Below, one piece after another: positions 39,951 through 51,847 of a stretch of 64,000 nucleotides of DNA; the stretch's first letter is position 1; every line of letters starts with the position of its first letter. Source of the DNA: Azolla caroliniana (taxonomy: Eukaryota > Plantae > Polypodiophyta); contig JBHGNT010000009.1 of the NCBI GenBank assembly GCA_043228905.1, positions 20,212,001 to 20,276,000 on the forward strand. The letters run 5' to 3'. The notes beneath the pieces are model-generated. The model did not search any database. It was not told the DNA's origin and saw only the letters and a program-made list of their open reading frames with translations. The position numbers and the translations under genes were made by a program.

Positions 39951-41972
39951 GCTATCTTGCTTTGTTTTTCTTGTATTTTGTGGGACACGGATATTTTTAA
40001 ACAGCAGAAGGTACATGAAAACATGGGTTTGGATGCACTCAAAATTTTGTAGCCAAGAGGCATCTTAGTTATAATGTACGTTCTTTTTACTTCAATTTCA
40101 ATATTTCGATCTTGATGTATCAAACTGTTGTCATCTTTTAACTGTTATTTCCATAGCATGTAAGCAATCTTGAGTGACATTCGAGTAAATGACATACTTC
40201 ATTATGATGTAAGTTTAGTACGAGTGCACTGTTGTACTGGTTTGCATTTGGTAGTTAATGCTCTGCCTTGAGCTTCTAGTGATTGCTTACTACGTTCCTT
40301 GTAATAAGAGCATTCAATGTAGATGCAGTCCTCCATAGCCTTCCTGATCAGAACCTTCAATTTATTGTGTTGTGATTTAAGTTTCACAGTTTATTTTGGA
40401 TGTACTGATAATCAAAATCTGTGCATTAGACATGAATTTAAAAGAATGAAAACCACATGGCTATGTTTAGAAGAGTAAGCATGATGCTTAAACATCCGGT
40501 TGAATAGTATCACATAATTTTGAGAAGGGAAGAACATCTTCACCGTAGTTCAATCATTTGAGACGATTTGTATTTCTTGGCTGGTGATCTTGACTCTTAG
40601 ATGAAATGCAGCCACAAGCAGGGTTGTCTCATGGTATTTACTCAATATGGTAGCATATTGCCAAAACATTAGGTTTGTGATAACCCTAGAAATTGATTGT
40701 CTGGATTGAAAATGAAATTGTAAAGTAACATTATTATATGTCAACTTCTAAGAAAAATGTAGATCTTGCTAGCCAGCTAAGAAAGTGGTATGACAACACC
40801 AATTCTATTGGTTAACCAGAATGAATGTTTGATTAGATAGTGCAGTAAGTATGGTAGATTATGTCAAGGTATCATCACATACAAGTTTTATGGTGTTTGC
40901 ATAAAATTAAATGTTGCTTATGAAGACAAACTAAACAAAGTTCTTATATGAGCTTTGGTAATTCCAAGATACTCTAAGATATGAACCATGGAGAATTACA
41001 TGCATCCAAAGTTATTCATGATTCTTCCAAAGTAACCCAATTTCAAACCAAATGAAAAGGAACTACAAAGTTGAAATTCATTGTTCAAATTTTCTTGACG
41101 ATAGGTTCAAATCAATCTGATCATCACACTAATAAACTTGGAAATTGTTGTGATGGTAATCCAATATATTCATCCTTTTATCTACACCTAATTTGACACT
41201 TCATCCAAATCAAACAAAGGCACAAACAACATATTCGCTTGACCTATGAAAGATGATACCAAAGACATCAAAATAATAAATTTTGTAAATTAAGAAAGAG
41301 ACAAGTTGTAGTGACATGCTCACAAGCTTCTTACAAACATAAATTTGCATTGTATCAAAGAGTATTTTATGTCATTGTTTATAAGAGAAAGTTTGTTTAG
41401 CGGAAAGCATGTAAATTTGAAACTAAGGGATGTGGAGGACTTAAGACACAATACTCAAGGACATCATTTATACTATATAGTATGATGCTTGAGCATCTTA
41501 CATTTGGGTAATTACATAGGATGTGTTCCTCATGGGAAAATATTAGACAATACCTAAAGAAAACGTGTAGCAAGAAAGATGAACCACAAGGCCATATCGT
41601 TGAGAGATATGGAATGCCACATGCATGACCTCTACTTTATACAAACATGCACCACAAGGTCATATCGTTGAGAAAAAAGAGTGCCATACGCACAACATCA
41701 TCTATTTTAGATTTCAGCAACAATGATTTGTGGATACATCTGATTCCGCCTACATCATTACAATGGTTATCTATATTCAAAATATCTTAATGTCTTTTCC
41801 ATCCATCTCCGAAGGTGGAAACTCATATTGTGATAGATCCTAGTCAAGGGTCACTAAATCTATCAACGGAAATATATAACTCATACTTTAGTTTCATTAA
41901 CGTCCCTTCTAAGGTGGAAAGTGAGACAACAATCGTAACCCTTTGCCGACTCTCACTCAATTCCTTGGCACA

Positions 41973-42072
41973 NNNNNNNNNNNNNNNNNNNNNNNNNNNN
42001 NNNNNNNNNNNNNNNNNNNNNNNNNNNNNNNNNNNNNNNNNNNNNNNNNNNNNNNNNNNNNNNNNNNNNNNN
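41973..42072. other. Assembly gap (100 N)
   Basis: Run of n. Confidence 1.
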
Positions 42073-42227
42073 AGCCTCTCCTTCTCGCTATATTTTCCTC
42101 TTTATCTGCTCCTTGCCATAACTTAAAACACCTCCCCCCCACCCTCTCCCAACCCTCTCCATAGCCCGCACTCATCATCCATCCCAATCTCTCTCTCTCG
42201 CTCATCCCACCAGCTTTCCATTTCCTT

Positions 42228-43309
42228 ATGGCGCCGGCGCTAGCGCAGCAGATGGACGGCCAGCGCTTCCAACCACCTCCGGTGGTGGTGGCGGCGGCGG
42301 CGGCGCCGCCTTCCTCCTCATCGCCGCACTATCGTGGAGTCCGCAGGCGTCCGTGGGGGAGGTTCGCGGCGGAGATCCGCGACCCCTGGAAGAAGACCCG
42401 GGTGTGGCTGGGCACCTTCGACACCGCCGAAGACGCCGCCCGGGCTTACGACAACGCGGCCCGCTCACTGCGAGGAACCAAGGCCAAGACCAATTTCGAG
42501 ACTACCCCTCCTCTCTCGCCCATCACCTCTCCTCTTCTTCCTCCTCCTCCTCCTCCTCCTCCTTCTGCTTCTGCTTCTGGTGCTCCTCACAGCCATCCCC
42601 ATCACACCTCTTGTGTCCGAAATTCGGCTCCGCTCGCCGTCCCTCCGCTCGCCTCTTCGGCTTCCTGGACTCTCCCCCACGCTCATCACCTCATCACGTC
42701 TCAGATTCCTCCTTCCTCCTCCGCCGCCGCCTCCGCCTCCGACAGTCGTGGCTGAATTCCACCTTGCTCGATTTCGCCTACTCCACCTCCGCCCGCGGAA
42801 GCCAGAAGCGGCCGTTTCCATATCTCAGCTTCCCTCACGATCGCGACGAGAGAATGATGATCGTGCCGCCTGGCTCCTTAGGCTCCCCCCCTTCGGATGA
42901 GCCCACCTCCAAGCGGAGCTGCGAGCGGCGCACCCATCCCTCCGCAGGCTTCCCTGCGGTCACATTGGCCTCCGATCCGCCCCTTCATCATCGCATGATG
43001 ATCGCCGCCCCTATCGATTCTAATGCCGCTGCTCCTTCCGCCTCCTCTGATTCCGATTCCTCTTCCTCCGTTGTTCTCAACTCAGAAAGCCCCTCTTCCC
43101 CTCACAATCACTACCTCCATTGCCCGCGTGGTTTTGTAACGGATCGAAGCGCTCCTAACATGACCGATCATGACAGCAAAGTTATCAAGCCGTTAGCTCT
43201 GCCATGGATCGATCTTAACTTCCCTCCCCCTTCATCATCAGATCAACAACAAATCAGTTTTTGCCCTCACACTTGCTTTGCCTCAGTGATTGATTATTCT
43301 CGTCTTTAA
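42228..43309 (+). CDS. AP2/ERF group VIII (class II, EAR-motif repressor); the frame is broken between the AP2 domain and the C-terminal half
   Basis: The ORF at 42228-42755 carries [58 protein letters not shown] different frame ending at 43309 carries [10 protein letters not shown] and IDLNFPPP (EAR). Confidence 0.85.
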
Positions 43310-44342
43310 TGTGAGAGATCAAGCCACAATCTCTGTGCGCGCCCACAGAATATTCGAACTGCAAACCTCTTGGCATTCTTCATTTGGTTTTCAAATTTGG
43401 GATTCTTAACAAGACAGGATTTAAAAAAACAAAAAGACCACAAAGTTTTGCCATTGTTTTACATGAATTTAACATCATGTAATGAATGTACATAATTTCC
43501 TTCAAATATCTATTTCCTTTCAATACATGTTTCAGAAGAAGCATTTCATCATTCTAAAGTGCTGTCTGTATCTCGTGCTCACATATTTTTAAGTCTGTCC
43601 ATCTTGGATCTTCACAATTTCACTCTCGATTTGTTTATAATTTTACATTCGATTTGTTTTCCTTTTGTGTTTTGGATTACGTTTTCTTAGACTTGTTAAT
43701 TGGTTGTGATTCCAGTTGAGTTGTTGGTAAGCTTAATTTCGTCATCGCGCTAATTCCTGTACTGTTTTGACTGTTTTTGGGTGTAACCCGAAGGGTACAA
43801 CGGTCCATGCTGAGGATTTAATTAAGGGTATAGTCTATCTTCGGTTTTTGCGTAATCCAGTACAGTGATTGATTAGTCATTCCGAGCAAACAACAGGAGA
43901 TTCAATAAACTTTCGGCTTGAAATTTGTATACAAAAACTTTGAAGATAGCAATGTTTTGTGAAGTGAGGATCTATTTTCAGGAATTAATTGAACTTCTTG
44001 ATGGCAACAGGAGAGTGCATAATACATGGGTATGCATGGTCTTTTGATGATGAGTGGTGATATTGATTTCCATGTAATATGGGCCTGCTCTTTTGAATGG
44101 ATATTTAGCTGGAATCATGGCATCTTTAGCTGTAATAAGAGGATCTGCCTCTTTAAAGGCATCTAGGGCTGAAATCATGCCATCTTTAGCTGTAGCTACT
44201 AACTTAGCATGATAAGCATGACATCTATTATCATGAGTTGTTGCCATCCAGCAGCCCTAAAAGTGGACCTAACGATCCGTAGATGTAGTTGAAAGGAGAC
44301 AACACACACCCAGGTACAGGAATTGTGTTTGCGTATGTGTGT

Positions 44343-44512
44343 AGAATTTCTTGCCAACTTAAGAGGGGGGGGGTGGGCTACTCTACCCAAAACCGTGGCT
44401 AATTTAACCTTAGAAGAAGAGCACATAACATACAATCAAGAAGGAGAGAATTTCTAACCAAACTTAGGAGGGGCTACTCTACCCAAAACTGTGGCTAATT
44501 TTAACCTAGAAT
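44343..44512. repeat. ~105-bp-period direct duplication
   Basis: agaatttct..c.aactta.ga.ggg..ctactctacccaaaac.gtggctaattt occurs twice. Confidence 0.8.
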
Positions 44513-46450
44513 AACATTATAGCACATCACATGTAAAGAACAAAAGAACAAAAAATCATATACAATTCATTGGGATTTAGTGGTTTCCTCTCTACATGGG
44601 GAGCACTCCTTCCATTCTCCATTAGTAGAGTGGAAAGAGTGTCTAGACAAGATCTAATCAATTCTCATGAATATTTTCTCCCTAGCCAATCAAATGGGTT
44701 TTACAAACCGGCGTGTTTAGTTCCATGTTGCAAGCCATGACTTCTCATTGAGCACTTGTATGGACACAAGTTCCAGTAGTTAAATTAAAAACATAGGATT
44801 CATGGAAACTTGAAAACGCGTTGAAGTTTTGTTGGCCTAGACTCAATATGAATTTCGAAATGCTGAAGATGTATCATTCAAGAGGTGGGTTCATTATCTC
44901 TTATCTATGAAGACAATCGAAGTTTGGAGTCAAGGATCCCGACATATTCTACTAAGTTACGATGAATATTAATAGAAGAGGTAGTGATTTTACTGATCAG
45001 ATCGAGCATAGATGATTTAAGGGTCCACAATATACAACACTTGACATCTGTTGAATGTACCTTTGTGGTATCCAATCATGGTTTAGATGGCTTGGTAAAC
45101 CTTGAAGACAACCATTATAGCCTCGATTAATTATTGGTAGTCACAATAAGAGTTGTTGGCATTGTTGTCACGAAAGGAAGTGGTACATACTACTAGATGT
45201 TAAAGAAACATCTATGTTTTGTTCACTAGATCAATGAAAGTTCAATCCTTTTGATTCTTCAATCAATAATTGTTGGGAGGTGGTTCCTTTTGATGTTGAA
45301 TAAGCACACCACCCCCCCCCCCCCCCCCCCCCCCCCCAATATCAAGGTGATTCCCCTATTGGGTCACCATCACTCATTGCCTCCTTTTGACCATTAGCAC
45401 AATTTGGCCACACGATTGCCATGGCACAATAATTGCTCATGGTGTTGTAGCTCCCAAAGTAATTTGGAGCGATTTCCTTTATCTCTAGAACTTGGTGATG
45501 CATTACTCTCTTGAACATGCCCGACTTGTATTTGGAGTTGTTTTTGTAGTTTGGCTGGGACAAATTGCACTTCTCGCTATGAAATATTTCTCATTGTTGA
45601 CAATAATGCACTTACCAACATGCACATACATAGATTTCTTTCCTAATATAATTCGTTGTGAGATGTGCTTATGAATAGTTACACTGAAAACAAATGCTAA
45701 CGTAAGGATGCTTTTAGTTTCAAGAGTTTTTGTTCATTTAATCACGATCTCAACAATTCTTTTGATATTCATATAGCAACATATTGAAACCTAGAAGGCC
45801 AATTTATTAATTGAGGTTCATTACCTTAAAAATATTTTACTCTCACGATTTAGTATAAACTAGGTTCAAAGGGGGCACCGCCTCAGCCTTTTTTTAGCTC
45901 TCCATATAACACTTGTACCCATTGTAGTGGCATGAGGGCACCACTTTTGATTTTATATTTGGTCTTAATTTGCGGAGAGTTTCATTTATTGATTCATGAT
46001 GAACGGCCCCCCTTATTAATTGACATGTGGCGAATTGTATTCTTAGATAAAAAGAACAAAGAGTATCGTTGAATGAAGAACAAGGGGCATGCTTATCTGT
46101 TGGCTTTAATCGAGATAAAGCATATTTTAGTTGGTGCACTTATATTTCAATGGAGCTTAAATTTTTATTTTCCTCATCTCTACAAACAACCCTGTCTATA
46201 CGTTTTCGAATGATTCATTACACATTTTACGTTACCTTCAACTTCTAATACAATACTTTAGTGACAACTATAGTAGATTATCCTAGTTATGCAATAGAGA
46301 CATAAATGAACTCTATAGTATGTAGATTGGTATGATGCGATATTGTTGTGTGTTTCGACCATCACGTATTGTCTTGACGAGTTTTTGTGTGGGATTTTGT
46401 CCGTAGAAACTTCAAGGTACATATCAAACCATGTTGAAAGATAGGGTTCT

Positions 46451-46608
46451 TTTATTATTATTATTATTATCGTAATTAGCTTACCCTAGTGGTAAGTTGT
46501 TACACTACAAGCACTATGTTTAGGGGTTGAAACCCAAGTTTCTCACCTAGTATCTATTAGATACTTTATATATCTTAATTCACTAGATGCCACTTGGGGA
46601 ATGTAGGG
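46451..46608 (-). mobile_element. tRNA-derived SINE-like retroposon with (TAA)n tail and 18-bp target-site duplication
   Basis: TSD gttgaaagatagggttct at 46433-46450 and 46609-46626. The minus strand has A-box-like tggcatctagtg, B-box-like ggtttcaacccc and a 3' (taa)n tail. Confidence 0.75.
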
Positions 46609-47449
46609 GTTGAAAGATAGGGTTCTCTCAAGTTGATCGTATGGAATAACATAGGACCATCAACCTTCGCTTGCCTAGTTTACATAACACAAGCCAAAAA
46701 CCCACTTGAGCCCAAATTAGGGTATGTAAGAGGCAAATGGGAACACCTAGAGGGACCACTTTGTTGAAGAGAGTGCAAGAACCGAGGGTTGGGAGATGCC
46801 AAAGACCACATGGAACAACCACATTTATGAGACAACTTGGAGATCAAATGCTACTACATATAGGGATAGAGTTGTGGTATCAAAGGTAAGGTAGGAAAAG
46901 AACGAAAATGGAACACATTCCTCTACATAGTGATATCTTTAGGAGAGTTTTTAAACTAGGGAAAAACTTTGAAGTACCTATTGTTCTTCCTTTACTGTCA
47001 CCACAATTCCGTGAAGTCGTCGTTATTCCCTAAAAAATGTAGCTTGCTGGCCAATTCATACATGCAAGGTGTTTTTGAGCAAGGCTATGGCCAATCCATT
47101 CTCTTCTTCTCGTGTATAGGTGTTGTCCGAACACTCGTATGGTTTCTATTTCTCCCTTAATTGTAGAAGTATATTCATGACTCTCGGGAAATCAATCCGA
47201 GACATGCATGTGTGAGCCACTAGGGGCATTTATGGTGAATACCAAAAGCCTAGATAAGGGGCATTTGTGTGTCCACTCTCCCCCGAACCGTTCAAACCGT
47301 TAAGCCTCGGTTTTGCTGTTGGGTTCGGTTCCGTTGCAGATTGATACCCCCTAGGGGCATTTCTGGGGAATAACCAAAAACCTATAGATAGGGGGGCATC
47401 TGTGTGCAGGATCTCCCATGGAACGAGGTTGACGATGAATTAGGGTTTC

Positions 47450-49468
47450 ATGTCGAGGCTGTCTGGAAAAGATCTTAATCGAGACAATGTTACGTATCCA
47501 AGTTTCAGGTTTCATGGAGACCTCCAAGATCGAAGCGTGCTCCTGGAGCTCATAAAGTCTTGTGGTGTACAGAAAGACCTCAACGGAGCCCGAAAGGTCC
47601 ACCGCGATGTCATCCAAAACCAGGCATTCCATCATGACATTTGTATCAATAATGCTCTTCTTAGTATGTATGTCAAGTGTGGTGCTATCACAGAAGCTCG
47701 AAGAGTATTTAATCAGATCTCGTTCCCAAATGTTGTCTCATGGAATGCATTGATTTCTGGATATGGACAGCATGAACTTGGCCATGAAGCTTTGAAATGC
47801 TTCAATCAGATGCAAGATGAAGGCATTTATCCAGATGCTGTCACTTATATATGCATTCTGAAAGTTTGTGGTAATAAAGGATTTATCGAGGTGGGAGAAG
47901 ATATACATGCCAAGATCAAGAGACAAGGTTTCTTGAGAAAAGACATTGTTCTTGGTACCACCTTAGTGAATATGTATGCGAAATGTGGCATGATGGGGAA
48001 AGCACACCAAGTATTTGAGGAGCTTCCTGCACGAAATGTTGTATCGTGGAGTGCTATGATTTCGGGTTATGTATTAAATGGTTGCGGTGAAGAAGCTCTA
48101 AGTTGTTTTATGAAGATGCGCGCAGAAGGCATATCCCCAGATGTGGTCACTTTTGTTAGCATTCTAAAAGCTTGTAGTGAAATAGGATGCCTGGAGGTCG
48201 GAGAGAAAATACATGTAGAGATTCGCATGTTGGGTTTACTGGAAAGAAATATTATTTTAGGCAGTGCATTACTGAGCATGTATGCAAAGTGTAATATGAT
48301 GGAAAAAGCACAGAAAGTATTCGATGACGAACTACCAACTCGGGATGTTGCATCTTGGAATGCATTAATAGCAGGGTACGTCCATGTTGGCCTTGATAAA
48401 GAAGCTCTCAAGTATTTTATGCAAATGCTTGATCAGGGCCTCTTCCCAAATCAAGTCATCCTTATTTCCATTTTGAAAGCTTGTGGCAATATAGGAAATT
48501 TTGAAAGAGCAGAAGAACTCATTAAGAAGTTTTGTAGGAATGGGTTATTTGAACTTGATAGTGTACTTGGCACGACAGTGGTGGACATGTATGCTAAATG
48601 TGATATGATAGAGAAATCACAAGAAATATTCGACAAGATTTCAGTACGTGATGTGGTGTCTTGGACTGCATTAATTTCTGGGTATGTCCAGCATGGACTC
48701 AGTGATGAAGCGTTGAGCTATTTCAGAAAAATGCAGTTGGAAGGCATCTCCCCAAACGCTGTCACCTTCATTTCAGCTCTCAAAGCTTGTGGAAACATAG
48801 GATATCTGGAGATGGGAGAAGAGATACACGCGGAGGTTAGCAAGCGTGGGTTATTGGAACTAGATATTGTGCTTCACACGGCATTGGTGGACATGTATTC
48901 CAAATGTGGTATACTTGGGAAAGCACACAAACTGTTCCGAGAGCTTCCTATGCAGAATGTTGTATCGTGGAATGCATTAATGTCTGGTTGTGCACAAATG
49001 GGCCAAGTTAAAAGAGTTTCAGATTTGCTGAGGGAAATGATCGAAGAAGGTATCTTTCCAGACCTAGTGACATTCCTTATCCTCCTTCATGCATGTAATT
49101 ATAATGGTTTGGTAGAAAAGGGGCAACTGGTTTTTGGTGATATCAATGCTATCTTCCACCGCTCACCGACAATAGAACACTACACCTGCATGGTTGATCT
49201 TTTGAGCCGTGCCGGACTCTATCGGAAAGCAATCGACATTATTGAACAAGTGCGAGCTTCTGACCGACTTCCACTTTTATTGGCACTTCTGGGTACTTGT
49301 AATGAATACATAAATGTAGAAATTGGGAGATGGGCCTTTGAACAATCAATACAACTCAATAGCAAATGTCACACTCCATATATCTATATGGGGAATATAT
49401 ATGCGGTTGCGAGCATGCATGCAACACCAAACAAAATTAATGCTAGGAGAGTGGAAATGGAAGATTAA
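47450..49468 (+). CDS. PLS-class pentatricopeptide repeat protein, E subgroup (no DYW domain), 672-aa ORF
   Basis: About 17 L-S-P motifs (VVSWNALISGY, TFVSILKAC, LVDMYAKCG), then P2-L2-S2 (EHYTCMVDLLSRAG), E1 and E2 (YIYMGNIYA), then stop. Confidence 0.93.
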   Translation: MSRLSGKDLNRDNVTYPSFRFHGDLQDRSVLLELIKSCGVQKDLNGARKVHRDVIQNQAFHHDICINNALLSMYVKCGAITEARRVFNQISFPNVVSWNALISGYGQHELGHEALKCFNQMQDEGIYPDAVTYICILKVCGNKGFIEVGEDIHAKIKRQGFLRKDIVLGTTLVNMYAKCGMMGKAHQVFEELPARNVVSWSAMISGYVLNGCGEEALSCFMKMRAEGISPDVVTFVSILKACSEIGCLEVGEKIHVEIRMLGLLERNIILGSALLSMYAKCNMMEKAQKVFDDELPTRDVASWNALIAGYVHVGLDKEALKYFMQMLDQGLFPNQVILISILKACGNIGNFERAEELIKKFCRNGLFELDSVLGTTVVDMYAKCDMIEKSQEIFDKISVRDVVSWTALISGYVQHGLSDEALSYFRKMQLEGISPNAVTFISALKACGNIGYLEMGEEIHAEVSKRGLLELDIVLHTALVDMYSKCGILGKAHKLFRELPMQNVVSWNALMSGCAQMGQVKRVSDLLREMIEEGIFPDLVTFLILLHACNYNGLVEKGQLVFGDINAIFHRSPTIEHYTCMVDLLSRAGLYRKAIDIIEQVRASDRLPLLLALLGTCNEYINVEIGRWAFEQSIQLNSKCHTPYIYMGNIYAVASMHATPNKINARRVEMED

Positions 49469-51847
49469 AGAATCTTAACTGATTATTGATGCAATGTTGC
49501 TATATCACCCCTTCAAATAGTGCAATAATGCACGTCATATGTTCATTAATGATCGATTAATGGCACGGCTAAAGTCTCAGAATGGTCAAAAAGTGTACAT
49601 AATGTCAGTTTATAGACATTCTCATATTGTGCAGACAACAATTGATGATATCTTTATCGCACGACATTTTGTAAAAATAACACACACCTTGGAGTTCGTC
49701 AAGTAACACATCCAATTGAGGGGACAAATATTTACTTTGTTCTGCGAGTCATTGAATAAACTCACATGTCATGTTATCTTATTTTCTTACTGTTGGGAAA
49801 CCTCAGTGGAGTAGAAATTCTTTAAAGAGTATTTTGTAACATCTTAGGTAAGGAACATTAAAAAAACTAGGGTATAAATACATATGAACACCAATGTCAT
49901 GATAGACATGCAAGAATTAGGGGATTGTTGGGGGAGGAACCTGAATATCAATATGGATTTGAACTTGATTGTCAGTGTTTTAAATTGTTGCTCGTGTGAA
50001 TACTCTCCATAGTGCGAATAAATCATAGTATTGGATTCATACAAAAAATATGCAAAGGGCATATGCAATTTATTCTATGCAAACATGACTATTGCATTTT
50101 ACTAGCAAAGAAATCACTTGATGTTGAAATAAGTGGTTAGTTATATTTTTTGGCAATGACGTAAGGTTAAGTGGCAAACAAAATTGATTTCGTCAAGGTT
50201 ATGCGATCATACATACTATTGTTTGGGGATACGTTTCATGAGTTTATGTTTTCCAATAGATTCAAGCTTGTAGTTTAGGTTAGAAACACATTACCATCTT
50301 GCTTTTTTTGTAAGGGTTGAAGATAGTTAGGCAAAGAAAAAACTCTTAGGGCAAAGAGATGAACAACACAAAAAGAAATGTAATCATAGAAATCTTGGGG
50401 AGTCAAGTCATATGGCATACTCACATGGTATACATATATCTTGCAAGGCTATTTGTAAAAGGACCCCTTTGTATTTTCATAATCACGAGGATCTCCTATA
50501 AAAATGGTTAGAATACCCTACAACCTGTAAACCCAAAAACTCAAATTGTAAATATAAGCACCACAAAGAAAAAAGGGACAATAGAAGAATTTGATGCCAA
50601 AAGCATCGTTCTAGCACCACACAACCAATTTGAGAACTAATCTTGATTTTGAGCACCACCACAACCGGTTTGGGAGCATTGTTCTTACATATGATTGAGA
50701 GTTTTGGTTTGAGGAGTTTTGCATGTTAAATTCCTATTTGAATTTCTAATGTAAAATGGTTTTTTCTCAAGAATTAGTTTCAAGACATTGTTGACGCTGC
50801 TACAACAAACATAATTTTTGCTTCTCAAATTGGTGCATAGTGGTGATGTTCGAAAGTTGTTACTATGTGCTAAATGCAAGCACTCATAATGTTCATGGAA
50901 TTTATTTTCCTTCTAAAATCTGTGGTGGTTTGAGATGTGAAATTCATGGAATTGGAGAGCACACTTGTTGTGATTTCGAATGATTGGGTAGTAAGGGCAA
51001 TGTATGTATTAAGAACTTCACTAAAATCTAGTTGTGTACAAGAATCACAAAGGAAGCTACATGATATGGCAGTCACAACACAAGGTTGGAGTACTTTGAC
51101 GATTCCTAAAAAGTTAAGGGTATTCTCAAGAGTCAAAACTATGGAAATAGGGAGGGGTATTTTCACAAATAGCCTATATTATGTCTTTTGATAACCAAAT
51201 TTTATTGCAATAAGGACTAATTTTATAGTAGAGAACCGCATGCGCATGTGACCATGTTGCTAGGTATTGAATTTGAACATGTTCACTCCCCGCTTTACCT
51301 AGAGAAAAAGGGTCACTAATCACCTAAAATATTAGAGATATAGAAGGAAAATGGCCAAAATTTGCGCGGTTACATTTTTTTGCCGATCACATGAAATCAT
51401 GATCAGGCGAATAATGATTACCCTCCTAATAACTACATATGTGAATGGATTCTTCACATTGAATCAAAGTTGTTTTAGTGTCATTGGAATCGTTGAACAT
51501 GTTTTTGCATTATTTCCGTCCGATGCCATTTGGTCAGGCTTATGTTGGAAGATCAATTCCATTAATTAGGCCGTATTTTCCGGAAATGGCCTTGGCCAGT
51601 TTACAGAAGACGATTTAAATAATAAACGTTATTCTCTGAGGTGGGGTGTTTTGTTGATTCTACCTTATGTTAGTTTTTTATTTTGTCTCTCATTATACTG
51701 TATACACACAAGAGAGATAGACCGAGGGCATTTTTGCAAATAGCAAAAAACAGCAGCAAGATAGACTACATAAAAAGACAGCGGGGCATTCGCTTAGAAA
51801 TCCATATAAATCAGCGAGATCGCGCAGAGAATCGAACCTCCGCAGCG

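Noticed and set aside
40960-41230. Possible CACTA transposase relic (LGYFGRI on the minus strand); similar hints at 4500-5700 and 45340-45780
   Set aside because: Only a few residues resemble the family. It cannot be supported without a translated search.
50600-51200. Possible hAT transposase remnant
   Set aside because: No convincing dimerisation-domain motif or terminal repeats.
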